Assembly: GCA_020720625.1 (NCBI GenBank)
Contig: DYOH01000005.1
Location: 12,943 to 76,942 of the forward strand
Direction: 5' to 3'
Source of the DNA: Acetofilamentum sp.
GTDB taxonomy: Bacteria; Bacteroidota; Bacteroidia; Bacteroidales; DYOH01
DNA length: 64,000 nucleotides
Under the pieces are notes generated by a model. The model made no database searches and had not been told where the DNA came from. It saw only the letters and a program-made list of their open reading frames with translations. The position numbers and the translations under genes were made by a program. Shown here piece by piece: positions 56,171-64,000 of this stretch (positions within the stretch are counted from its first letter, which is position 1; every line of letters starts with the position of its first letter).

Positions 56171-58023
56171 GTCAATTGAATTCCCATAATTGTAATATCA
56201 TCGCGCTGCGGAGTATCCTGGCAGTGTTCATCTAAATCGGCTTCGATAGTCTCCTTTTGCACAACCATTGGCTCTTGGGCAATTTTTGCAAGTAAATCGA
56301 GTAATCGTTTAGACCCATATTTTTTTCTTTGTGTATTGTTCTGATCCACTAAACCATCGGAAGAGAGATAAATCATATCCTTTGGTTTAAGTATCACATG
56401 AAAATCGGTAAACTCCTCGTTGAACCGCTTTCCTTCTATTCCGCCAATAGTAGCCATAGTGCCTCTTTGATATTTTAACTCTTTCTCCGACGAATCAAAA
56501 TAGATAAATGGCCGGTTGGCTCCGGCAAAAATCACATGGTACTTGTCTTCTTTATGTTCAATACGTATTAATGCTACATCCATACCATCGTCGTTAGAAG
56601 TTTCGCTCTGATTTAAGGCCTTCTGTAACTCCAGGTTAAGCTTGGTTAGAATAGCCGATGGCTCTGTAATGTTTTTCTCGAACAATATTTCGTTTAGAAT
56701 CCTAATCCCGATAAGGCTCATAAATGCCCCCGGAACGCCATGCCCGGTGCAATCAACTACGGCATAATAGTAGGCGTGAGTATTAGTTGGGCTAAGCGTT
56801 CGGTGTGCATACCAGTAAAAATCGCCCGACACAATATCTTTGGCCTTATAAACTTTGAAAAGCGGAAAATGACGATTCAGATCGCTTTCGAGCGGCAATG
56901 CTGCCAATTGTATGGTTTTAGCATAAGTAATGGCTCCTTTTATTTGTTCGTTGCGTGCATTTATCTCTTTGTTTTGTTGCTCTATTTCGCCATTCTTCAA
57001 TGCAAGAAGATTATTTTGTTTTGCAATTTCAGAATTTTTTTGTTCTAAAAGTGCATTTTGTTTTTCAATCTCCTCTTTTTGTTTCTTAATTTGGTTTTTA
57101 CTTCTATTAATCAGAAAAAACAAATATGATATTACGGCAAGCACTAGCAATAAAAATAGGAGGCCAAATGCAAGTGCACGGGTAACTAATCTCTCATTAT
57201 CCAATTCTGATTGCTTTAGTTTAAGATCCTGCTCCTTGATTGTAAGCTGGTAATCAGACTCCCGTTTTGCAAGCTCAGCTTTCTCCAAAGAATCCTGATA
57301 AGATGTTAGCGTTTGATTTTTTATCTCGATTTCTTTTTCTTTCTCCGAAATATCTTCTTTGTAAATATTAGTTTGCTCATTAAATACCTCTTTGGTTTGC
57401 TCCAGTTTTCTTTTTTCAATAATTTGTGAGTATTTAGCATAATTTGCATTATCGCCACTAGCCTGACAAACGAAAGCAATTTCGGCATAAAATTTATCGA
57501 CCAATTGATCGTCGTAAGCTTCGAAAATAATTTTTTTCTCTAAAGGCTTTAGAATATCATAAGCTTTCTGATAAGATTTAGCTCTTCTGTAAAATGAAGC
57601 TATGTTTATTTGCTCGTCGTAAAAAACTTTTTTACTGTTGCCAAGCTGCAAAGTATATTTATTGGCCTCTCCGAGGTAATTTGCAGCATTTGTGAAATTT
57701 CCGGTTTGCATATTACACATCGAAAGGGCAAGGGCAGTATTTCTAATAAGCTGATTCTGCGACAGATTTTTTGCATTACCCAAAGCAGCCTCGTAATATG
57801 TTATGGCCAGGACAGGCAGATTGTTTTTCTGGTAAATTTCTGCAATTTCTTTGTTTAATTTAAATTGCTCGCCTGCATTTCCGCCGGTTTGAGCAGCACT
57901 TAATGCACTCAGCTTTTGATCTACAGCACTTTGTGCCGATGCATTTAACTGTTGCGAAAATAAAGCTGTGGAAAACATCATTAAACAGCTCAAAATCAAT
58001 ATTTTTCTAGCCATAGCACCCAT
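56167..58023 (-). CDS. Exported TPR domain - TM - coiled coil - PP2C (SpoIIE/RsbU-like) phosphatase
   Basis: Signal/anchor, TPR-like N-half, then TM ALAFGLLFLLLVLAVISYLFFLI. The coiled coil is KKQKEEIEKQNALLEQKNSEIAKQNNLL... The PP2C motifs are VSGDFYW, VDCTGHGVPGAFMS, DGMDVA, SDGLVDQ and RDDITIMGIQL. Confidence 0.85.
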   Translation of the reverse strand: MGAMARKILILSCLMMFSTALFSQQLNASAQSAVDQKLSALSAAQTGGNAGEQFKLNKEIAEIYQKNNLPVLAITYYEAALGNAKNLSQNQLIRNTALALSMCNMQTGNFTNAANYLGEANKYTLQLGNSKKVFYDEQINIASFYRRAKSYQKAYDILKPLEKKIIFEAYDDQLVDKFYAEIAFVCQASGDNANYAKYSQIIEKRKLEQTKEVFNEQTNIYKEDISEKEKEIEIKNQTLTSYQDSLEKAELAKRESDYQLTIKEQDLKLKQSELDNERLVTRALAFGLLFLLLVLAVISYLFFLINRSKNQIKKQKEEIEKQNALLEQKNSEIAKQNNLLALKNGEIEQQNKEINARNEQIKGAITYAKTIQLAALPLESDLNRHFPLFKVYKAKDIVSGDFYWYAHRTLSPTNTHAYYYAVVDCTGHGVPGAFMSLIGIRILNEILFEKNITEPSAILTKLNLELQKALNQSETSNDDGMDVALIRIEHKEDKYHVIFAGANRPFIYFDSSEKELKYQRGTMATIGGIEGKRFNEEFTDFHVILKPKDMIYLSSDGLVDQNNTQRKKYGSKRLLDLLAKIAQEPMVVQKETIEADLDEHCQDTPQRDDITIMGIQLT

Positions 58024-58036
58024 TTTTTTGTTTTAC

Positions 58037-61024
58037 CTAAGGTTTTAGCACATTGCCATTATTGGCTTTACCATCAATTTTTATCACCATCGGATTTTGA
58101 AACCTAACCAATCTAAGGTATTCATTTTCAAAAACCGCATCAGTTTTATTCAAGAAATCAATATCATAATAGCCGTCGTTAATATACGGATTAATTGTAA
58201 AATACCCCACATGAAAAGATGTAAGATTTTGAAAAAAATGAGTTCCCTGACTTGGATCAATTCTATAGTGCTCTAATCCGGCTTCAATAATAAGCCGGGC
58301 AGCCGAAATTTGCGACCACTTTACTGGAATACCCAGCCAGGGGTCTGAGGAGCCCCATCTCCCCGGGCCTATCAAAATATAGTTTCTGCCCTCTGCCACC
58401 ATCATCTCGTTCAGTTCGCTTACCTGCTCTCCAATTTCCCTGCTATTTGCTGCGTTAAAACTTGAGGGTTTTACATATACAATATCGAAAATGTTATCTA
58501 TTAATCCGTTTCCCAGTGCCGATTTCGACATAATTATGCAGTCTTCAGGTTTATCGCCCGATAAATCGATTGCCTTTTCATCCTGACTTTCTACTATGGG
58601 CCTAATTTGCAGAAAACTAAATATTTTTGGGGAATCGGCAGGAGTATCTAAATCTACAGCAAACTCAATTTCTATAGGATTATTCATTTCCTTTTGCCCA
58701 ACTTTTAGCAAATCCTGCAATATATCGGCCAATGGAAATGTATCGTATTGCAAAATATTTGCAAAGGTAATTATCTTCAGCCCCTGATAATTTGCTCCCG
58801 CACGAATCATGTGGTGATGGTAATCGTAGGTTGATGCTACTTGATTTATCGAACGATGCATTTCTGCTTCTTTTATCTTTTTCTTGAGCAAATTTGCCGA
58901 GTCGTCGGTAGATGGTAAAAAATTTGTGGTATCTAAATTTAATGCATAAAAATACTTTTGGGTATCGCGCAGAGCCATGTCGGTGGAGCTTAACTGCAAA
59001 ACTTTTTTGGGATATTTGGGCGAAAAACGCAATGACACACCTCCGTCTACAATTATTTTGCCTAAACCCAAAGCAATATTGGCAATGCCATCGGCCGGTG
59101 TTTCGGGCTCGATGGGATAGAAATTAATACTTCGGGCTACTCCAGAAAAAGTAGGATAAAACATGTGTCCATATTTCTTCCCGGTTACTTCCTGTAGAAT
59201 AATGGCCATTTTTTCTTCGTCGATTACATTGGATGTAGCGGCCATGTATGCCTTGCTCGATTTAAAATAAACAGATGCATAAACACTTTTTATGGCTTTG
59301 GCCAAAAAATCTATGGCTTTGGTTTTGTTGCCACTTACATTGGGAACCATATATGTTGAGTAAATTCCAGCAAATGGCTGATAATGGCTATCTTCCAGTA
59401 CACTTGAAGATCTAACCGCAATTGGATTCTCCATTACTTCCAGAATTTTCCACAAATCGTCGTAAATGTACTGCGGTAGCGGGCATTCTAAAAATTTTTG
59501 CAGGATAAAATCATCGGTAGAATCATCTAAAGCAATCTGATACAAATGGTTAGAATCCATAAATTCGTCAAAAACATCTGTACTCAATACCACCGTACGT
59601 GGAATGGCAATTACTGTATTTTTATATTTGCAACAAATTTTATTTCGTTTAATAAAAGAATCAATAAAAGCAAGGCCACGTGCTTTTCCGCCAATCTGGC
59701 CTTCTCCAATGCGGGCAAAAAAGATATAGGGACTATAGGTTTTTCTGTCGAATTTGGAAATAACACCGCGTCCCATATTTAACCGATAGCTGGCTATGGT
59801 TCGGTAAATATAATTACTGGCCACTTCTACACTCTCAAAATCGTCGATTGTAAGGTACTTGAGTTGTTTGGCAATAGGAAAAAGAGCACGAGCATTAAGC
59901 CACCTGGAAAAATCATTTCTGTTAAAATGATATTCAAGAGTTTCAACCGGAATTTTACGAACTTTCTCCTGCAGCTCGTTTAAATCGGAGGCTCTATCGA
60001 CAATCTCACCTTTTTTGTTTTTAAATAAAAAATCACCAAAAGCCAAATTAGTAAAAACATAGTTTCTGAGCTCAATGATAAGACTTTTAGAGTATTTATA
60101 CAAAAATCCCACATTTAGGTCGTCGGCAAGAAATTTATTCTTATAATCGGACGATTGCAGCAAAATCGGAATATGAGGGTCTATGGTTTTGATATGCTGT
60201 GCAAGTTTTATTCCTGCCAGATTATCTTTTTTCCCATTGTGAGCATAGGCAATGTCCGAAATTACACCCAAACAGTTTTCTTTATAGCGTTCGAAAAGCT
60301 CTACAGCCTCTTCGTATGTTGTGCAAAACAAAAGTTTTGGCCGGCCCCTCATGCGAAGCATTTCCCTGTATTCGTTAAGTCCCTCTTTTTGAAACTCGTG
60401 CGATTGTTTGAGAATTATTTTGTAGATTATGGGCAAATAACTAGAGTAATACCGAATGCTATCCTCCACCATCAGGATGGTCTGTACCCCTATTTCCTGC
60501 ACGTCGTGGGCAACATTCATCTGGTCTTCGATGAGTTTAATAATGGCCAGCAGCAAATCGGTATGCCCCAACCAGGAAAATACATAATCTACCGAACCTA
60601 ACTCTTCTTTCTCTAACTTTAGGCTAATTTCGCGCGAGAAATGAGTTAGAGCAACAATAGGAATATGTGGAAATTCGTTTTTTATCGCTCTCGAAAGCTC
60701 AAATATATCGGTATGGTCGGCGCTAAGCATAGTGATTACCAAATCGATTTTTTCGTTTTTCAGAATTCGTAATGCTTTTGCTGTTTTGTTAGCATGAAGA
60801 AAAACAGGCGGATACCTTAAATTCAAAGAAACATATTCTCTAAAAATCATTTCATCAATACGACCATCCTCTTCGAGCATAAAAAAATCGTAATTACTAC
60901 AAATTATCAATACTTTGTAGATACGACGCTGCATCAAATATTTGAAAGAAGTTTCGTTAAAACGAAATTTCTGAGAATCAACTAACTGCTGTTCAAGAGA
61001 CATACTATTTTCGGCTGTTGTCAT
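58037..61024 (-). CDS. Two receiver-like domains + PEP/pyruvate-binding (PPDK_N ATP-grasp) domain protein
   Basis: REC-like 1 is degenerate (KVLIICSNYD...DLVITML...PIVALTHF). REC 2 is intact (ILMVEDS...GVISDIAY...ILLQSS...YKYS). The PPDK/PEP-synthase N-terminal motifs are GGKARGLAFI and VRSSSVLEDSHYQPFAGIYSTY. I saw no TSHAA-type phosphohistidine swivel motif. Confidence 0.82.
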   Translation of the reverse strand: MTTAENSMSLEQQLVDSQKFRFNETSFKYLMQRRIYKVLIICSNYDFFMLEEDGRIDEMIFREYVSLNLRYPPVFLHANKTAKALRILKNEKIDLVITMLSADHTDIFELSRAIKNEFPHIPIVALTHFSREISLKLEKEELGSVDYVFSWLGHTDLLLAIIKLIEDQMNVAHDVQEIGVQTILMVEDSIRYYSSYLPIIYKIILKQSHEFQKEGLNEYREMLRMRGRPKLLFCTTYEEAVELFERYKENCLGVISDIAYAHNGKKDNLAGIKLAQHIKTIDPHIPILLQSSDYKNKFLADDLNVGFLYKYSKSLIIELRNYVFTNLAFGDFLFKNKKGEIVDRASDLNELQEKVRKIPVETLEYHFNRNDFSRWLNARALFPIAKQLKYLTIDDFESVEVASNYIYRTIASYRLNMGRGVISKFDRKTYSPYIFFARIGEGQIGGKARGLAFIDSFIKRNKICCKYKNTVIAIPRTVVLSTDVFDEFMDSNHLYQIALDDSTDDFILQKFLECPLPQYIYDDLWKILEVMENPIAVRSSSVLEDSHYQPFAGIYSTYMVPNVSGNKTKAIDFLAKAIKSVYASVYFKSSKAYMAATSNVIDEEKMAIILQEVTGKKYGHMFYPTFSGVARSINFYPIEPETPADGIANIALGLGKIIVDGGVSLRFSPKYPKKVLQLSSTDMALRDTQKYFYALNLDTTNFLPSTDDSANLLKKKIKEAEMHRSINQVASTYDYHHHMIRAGANYQGLKIITFANILQYDTFPLADILQDLLKVGQKEMNNPIEIEFAVDLDTPADSPKIFSFLQIRPIVESQDEKAIDLSGDKPEDCIIMSKSALGNGLIDNIFDIVYVKPSSFNAANSREIGEQVSELNEMMVAEGRNYILIGPGRWGSSDPWLGIPVKWSQISAARLIIEAGLEHYRIDPSQGTHFFQNLTSFHVGYFTINPYINDGYYDIDFLNKTDAVFENEYLRLVRFQNPMVIKIDGKANNGNVLKP

Positions 61025-61044
61025 AAAATCATCCTTATCCTAAA

Positions 61045-61932
61045 TTATTGCATAATATCAAAATTTACGTACTGTATTGTTTTTCTTCTGTTAAACCAAA
61101 GAGCAACACCGGTGGTTCCAACCCAGAAAATATTCACAAGCAAATAAAACAAATAGAAACTCATTTTGTCTTGCAAAAAATGTTTCTCAAAATCTTGCTC
61201 CGGTTGAATAAAAATGGCATTTTCTGATATTCTGATATCTTTTGTTTTTTCTAATTTCCAAATAGCTTTGGAGTAAATCTTTTTTTGCTCAGATTCTTTA
61301 ATTATCAAGCCCCCATTTTTAGTAAGCTCAGAATTACTGCTTATGAGATAGGGAAGATTCCAGTTTTCGAGATTACTCCCTTTATTTACACTAGTTTCAC
61401 AAAAAAAGGCCATTATTGGCTCGTCGAATGTCCATTGCTCCGAAACCAATGGATAAGCATAAAAAGATTTTACAACTTTATAGGTGCTATCTCCATCTAC
61501 ATCGTTTACAGTTTCGTGATACTCTCCTTTTAAATCGTACAATATTACACCAGAACTAAACGAAATCCAAAGTGCATCTCTATTTTGTGGAATATCTCTT
61601 ATCTCGGCATTAAAAACAACCTTGCTATTAAGTAGCTCGCCATAATACTGTGGGCCTGTAAAAATGGCAATCATCATTGGCAACCAAAGCGAAATGGCCG
61701 ATATTCCTATTGTAAAAAATATTAAATCGCGATATGTCCGATACGAACGAAAATATTTCTTAATTACCGACATAAAAATTCCCAATAAAGCTGCGGGTAA
61801 TAAAAATAAAAAAATAATGGCCGAAACGATTGGTTTAAAACAATGAAAATGAAACAAAAAAATGCTAATTACAGTATTTACAAAAATCAACTGTAATATA
61901 AAGAGGAAAATATTGATACGTGTTTTAATCAT
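61045..61932 (-). CDS. Hypothetical membrane protein (3 N-terminal TM, ~150-aa extracytoplasmic domain, C-terminal TM)
   Basis: 295-aa ORF ending 20 nt upstream of the REC-PPDK_N gene on the same strand. Hydrophobic segments include IFLFILQLIFVNTVISIFLF, IVSAIIFLFLLPAALLGIFM, LIFFTIGISAISLWLPMMIAIF and FYLFYLLVNIFWVGTTGVALW. Confidence 0.6.
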   Translation of the reverse strand: MIKTRINIFLFILQLIFVNTVISIFLFHFHCFKPIVSAIIFLFLLPAALLGIFMSVIKKYFRSYRTYRDLIFFTIGISAISLWLPMMIAIFTGPQYYGELLNSKVVFNAEIRDIPQNRDALWISFSSGVILYDLKGEYHETVNDVDGDSTYKVVKSFYAYPLVSEQWTFDEPIMAFFCETSVNKGSNLENWNLPYLISSNSELTKNGGLIIKESEQKKIYSKAIWKLEKTKDIRISENAIFIQPEQDFEKHFLQDKMSFYLFYLLVNIFWVGTTGVALWFNRRKTIQYVNFDIMQ

Positions 61933-62046
61933 TTACTTGTTTCAAGCCTGCACTAATTTAATCGAAATTATGTATATTTATCCTGAAAATGTACTATAAT
62001 TTTTAAAATATCTTATATCAACTTACAAATCCTAAAGTAAATTAAT

Positions 62047-63342
62047 ATGATGGCTAAAAGTATAAAAAAACCTTGTTTTCTCCTAGCAGTTCTATTTCTA
62101 TTGAATCCAATATGGGTTTTTTCTCAAATCAAATTCGATGATTATTTCGAAAATTCTACCCTAAGATTCGATTATTCAAGAGCCGGAGACAAAAATAACG
62201 AATGGATTTTAGAAGAACAATTAAAAAAAGAATCTGCTTGGGCTGGCTCGTTTAACATCTTAATTGACTCACTTCTTTTAGGAGATTATTATTTTCAGGT
62301 GTTTGACTCGGCTTCGAATAAGCTTATTTTTTCAAGGGGATATTCATCTCTATTCCGCGAATGGCTTGATATTGAAGAATCATTGAAAATTAAAAAGAGT
62401 TTTTACGAATCTGTGGTAATGCCCTTTCCAAAAAGAACAATTCTGCTAAAATTATTGAATAGAAACAGGAATAATGAGTTTCTAGTTGTTTATGAGCGAT
62501 TTATTAACCCAAAAGATTACTTTATCAAAAAAGAAACTATTCTGCCATTCGAAGTTAAAACTATTTTAGACAATGGGAATCCAAACCAAAAACTAGATAT
62601 TACTATCATCGCCGAAGGGTACACAGCAGATGAGATGCCTAAATTTGAGAAGGATTGTGAGCGATTTATGGGCTACTTTTTTGATGTTAGCCCTTTTAAA
62701 GAATTCAAAAAGGACATTAACTTTCACATTATCAAGTCTATTTCTCAGGAAAGCGGAACAGACATTCCAGGCGCAGGCGAATGGAAAAACACCATTTTGA
62801 ATTCGAGTTTTTATACTTTCAATTCCGAAAGATATTTAACAACTCTGGATATAAAAAGTGTGCGCGATGTAGCTGCCTGCGCGCCTTACGACCAGATTTT
62901 TATTTTGGTAAACTCAGCAAAATACGGGGGCGGCGGCGTATTTAATTATTACAATCTTTGCAGCTCAGACCATGCCCAATCTAAAGAAGTGTTTACACAC
63001 GAATTTGGACATGGATTTGGTGCCTTGGCCGACGAATACGCCTACGAAGATATTCCAGCCGAAACACTTTATAATCTAAATTTTGAGCCTTGGCAGCGAA
63101 ATATTTCTTCCTTGGCTGACATTAATGCCAAATGGGGCAAAATGATTAAAAATACGCCAATACCAACTCCGGATATCCATCAATACTACAATAATATTGG
63201 AGCCTTTGAAGGTGCCGGATATGTTTTAAAAAAAATGTACCGTCCTATGCACGATTGCAAAATGCGTTCGAACAACACAAACGAATTTTGTCCGGTGTGC
63301 CAAAAAGCCCTTATCGAAGTACTTTATCTGTATATAAAATAA
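62047..63342 (+). CDS. Peptidase M64 (IgA-peptidase-like zinc metalloprotease), exported
   Basis: Signal peptide, HEFGHGFGALADEY (HExxH), and a C-terminal CxxC (NEFCPVCQ). Confidence 0.86.
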   Translation: MMAKSIKKPCFLLAVLFLLNPIWVFSQIKFDDYFENSTLRFDYSRAGDKNNEWILEEQLKKESAWAGSFNILIDSLLLGDYYFQVFDSASNKLIFSRGYSSLFREWLDIEESLKIKKSFYESVVMPFPKRTILLKLLNRNRNNEFLVVYERFINPKDYFIKKETILPFEVKTILDNGNPNQKLDITIIAEGYTADEMPKFEKDCERFMGYFFDVSPFKEFKKDINFHIIKSISQESGTDIPGAGEWKNTILNSSFYTFNSERYLTTLDIKSVRDVAACAPYDQIFILVNSAKYGGGGVFNYYNLCSSDHAQSKEVFTHEFGHGFGALADEYAYEDIPAETLYNLNFEPWQRNISSLADINAKWGKMIKNTPIPTPDIHQYYNNIGAFEGAGYVLKKMYRPMHDCKMRSNNTNEFCPVCQKALIEVLYLYIK

Positions 63343-63408
63343 GTTTTTTCCTTAATAGCATTACACCTCCATAAAGTTTCATTTATAAAGTAAGTGTAAT
63401 GCTCTATT

Positions 63409-64000
63409 CTATTGCAAAATAATATGTTGATTGGTAATACCTTTTTTTACGCTAGCGATTCTGTCTATTTTAAAATTTTCTGTATATACAAATTTATCCA
63501 ACACAAATATTTCGCGAGGCCATTCAATTTTGGAAAGGCCACATTTTGCAAAATCAGTTTTTAACTCGGACACTTTGTGCAAAAAGAATGATATTTCAAT
63601 AAACAAAACCAATTTTTTACCCCATTTTTCATCATCCAACCCAAAAACAAAAAATGGCATCTTAAATACAACACTCAGTTTGCGCTCCACAAATTCGGGG
63701 AATATTTTTACACCGCCCGAATTGATAACAAAATCGGCTCTCCCAAGCCAAATAAACTCATTTTCAGAAATTTGTTTTACCACATCGCTGGTCTTAATAT
63801 ATTCTTCTGCATAGGGTGTTTTTACGAGCAAACAATCGTCGTGGTTTATTTCCACCGAAAAACCGGGTAAAAGCGAAAAAGCATCCGATTTTTCGCTTCC
63901 GTTTAATCGCTGTAAGGCAATATGCGTAATGGTTTCGGTCATTCCGTAAGTAGAATATAATTTATTTGGTAATTCACTAATTTTCTGTGCCAAACCGGCC
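63409..64000 (-). CDS. AMP-binding (adenylate-forming) enzyme, C-terminal part; O-succinylbenzoate-CoA ligase-like (continues beyond window)
   Basis: YGMTET motif, LGRADFVINSGGVKIFPEFVE, and C-terminal KIDR. The reading frame stays open to the window edge. Confidence 0.72.
   Translation of the reverse strand, partial: AGLAQKISELPNKLYSTYGMTETITHIALQRLNGSEKSDAFSLLPGFSVEINHDDCLLVKTPYAEEYIKTSDVVKQISENEFIWLGRADFVINSGGVKIFPEFVERKLSVVFKMPFFVFGLDDEKWGKKLVLFIEISFFLHKVSELKTDFAKCGLSKIEWPREIFVLDKFVYTENFKIDRIASVKKGITNQHIILQ

Noticed and set aside
55101-56753. 37/40-nt inverted match between the two SpoIIE genes (55101-55140 against the reverse complement of 56714-56753), flanking the ProX-like gene. I considered it as an invertible-segment boundary.
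   Set aside because: The match exactly encodes the conserved PP2C motif (D)CTGHGVPGAFMSL in two convergent paralogs. No recombinase is nearby and similarity decays outside the motif. Motif conservation is the simplest explanation.
1-64000. Looked for CRISPR arrays, rRNA/tRNA genes, transposases, integrases, phage genes and long terminal or inverted repeats that would mark mobile islands.
   Set aside because: By eye I found no regularly spaced repeat arrays, no tRNA-like cloverleaf segments in the intergenic regions, and no recombinase or transposase motifs in any ORF. The 48-62 kb signalling region therefore has no visible mobility hallmarks. A tRNAscan/Infernal run would be needed to exclude small RNAs formally.

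Overview
AT-rich chromosomal segment that looks like Bacteroidota. The evidence is the dcw cluster order, TAnnTTTG-type -7 boxes, many signal-peptide or lipoprotein ORFs, a lipoamino-acid acyltransferase pair, an M64 peptidase and SPOR/TlpA-type genes. All family calls come from reading motifs in the supplied translations; no similarity search was run.

Most of the window is housekeeping:
- 1-8.2 kb (minus strand): dcw cluster mraZ-rsmH-ftsL-like-ftsI-murE-mraY-murD, plus the first 59 codons of ftsW at the window edge. A three-fold 10-bp-periodic MraZ-box-like repeat lies upstream of mraZ.
- 8.7-47.9 kb: cysS, mfd, purF, folB, ansA-like, TatD, dusB, ruvC, pnp and rpsO. Envelope and accessory genes are interspersed: two exported caspase-like C14 proteins, a TolB-like/OmpA protein, a TMTC-like GT-C/TPR protein, a membrane-anchored MutS domain-V paralog, MscS and EamA.
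- I saw no rRNA, tRNA, CRISPR array, transposase or integrase.

The stand-out region is 48.06-55.68 kb, a tightly coupled five-gene plus-strand cassette:
- a tandem TIR/DUF4062-like protein;
- a 1086-aa nSTAND/NACHT-like P-loop NTPase with a single TM helix, an AEEQ-repeat coiled coil and a WD40-like C-terminus predicted to lie outside the cytoplasm;
- an outer-membrane beta-barrel protein;
- a lipoprotein;
- a membrane PP2C/SpoIIE phosphatase.

I read this cassette as a candidate undescribed trans-envelope STAND switch, either conflict or signalling.

It ends stop-to-stop against a convergent four-gene operon (55.67-61.93 kb). That operon encodes a membrane protein, a REC-REC-PPDK_N ATP-grasp protein, a TPR-TM-SpoIIE phosphatase and a ProX/YbaK-like deacylase. 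It is a second unusual signalling module.
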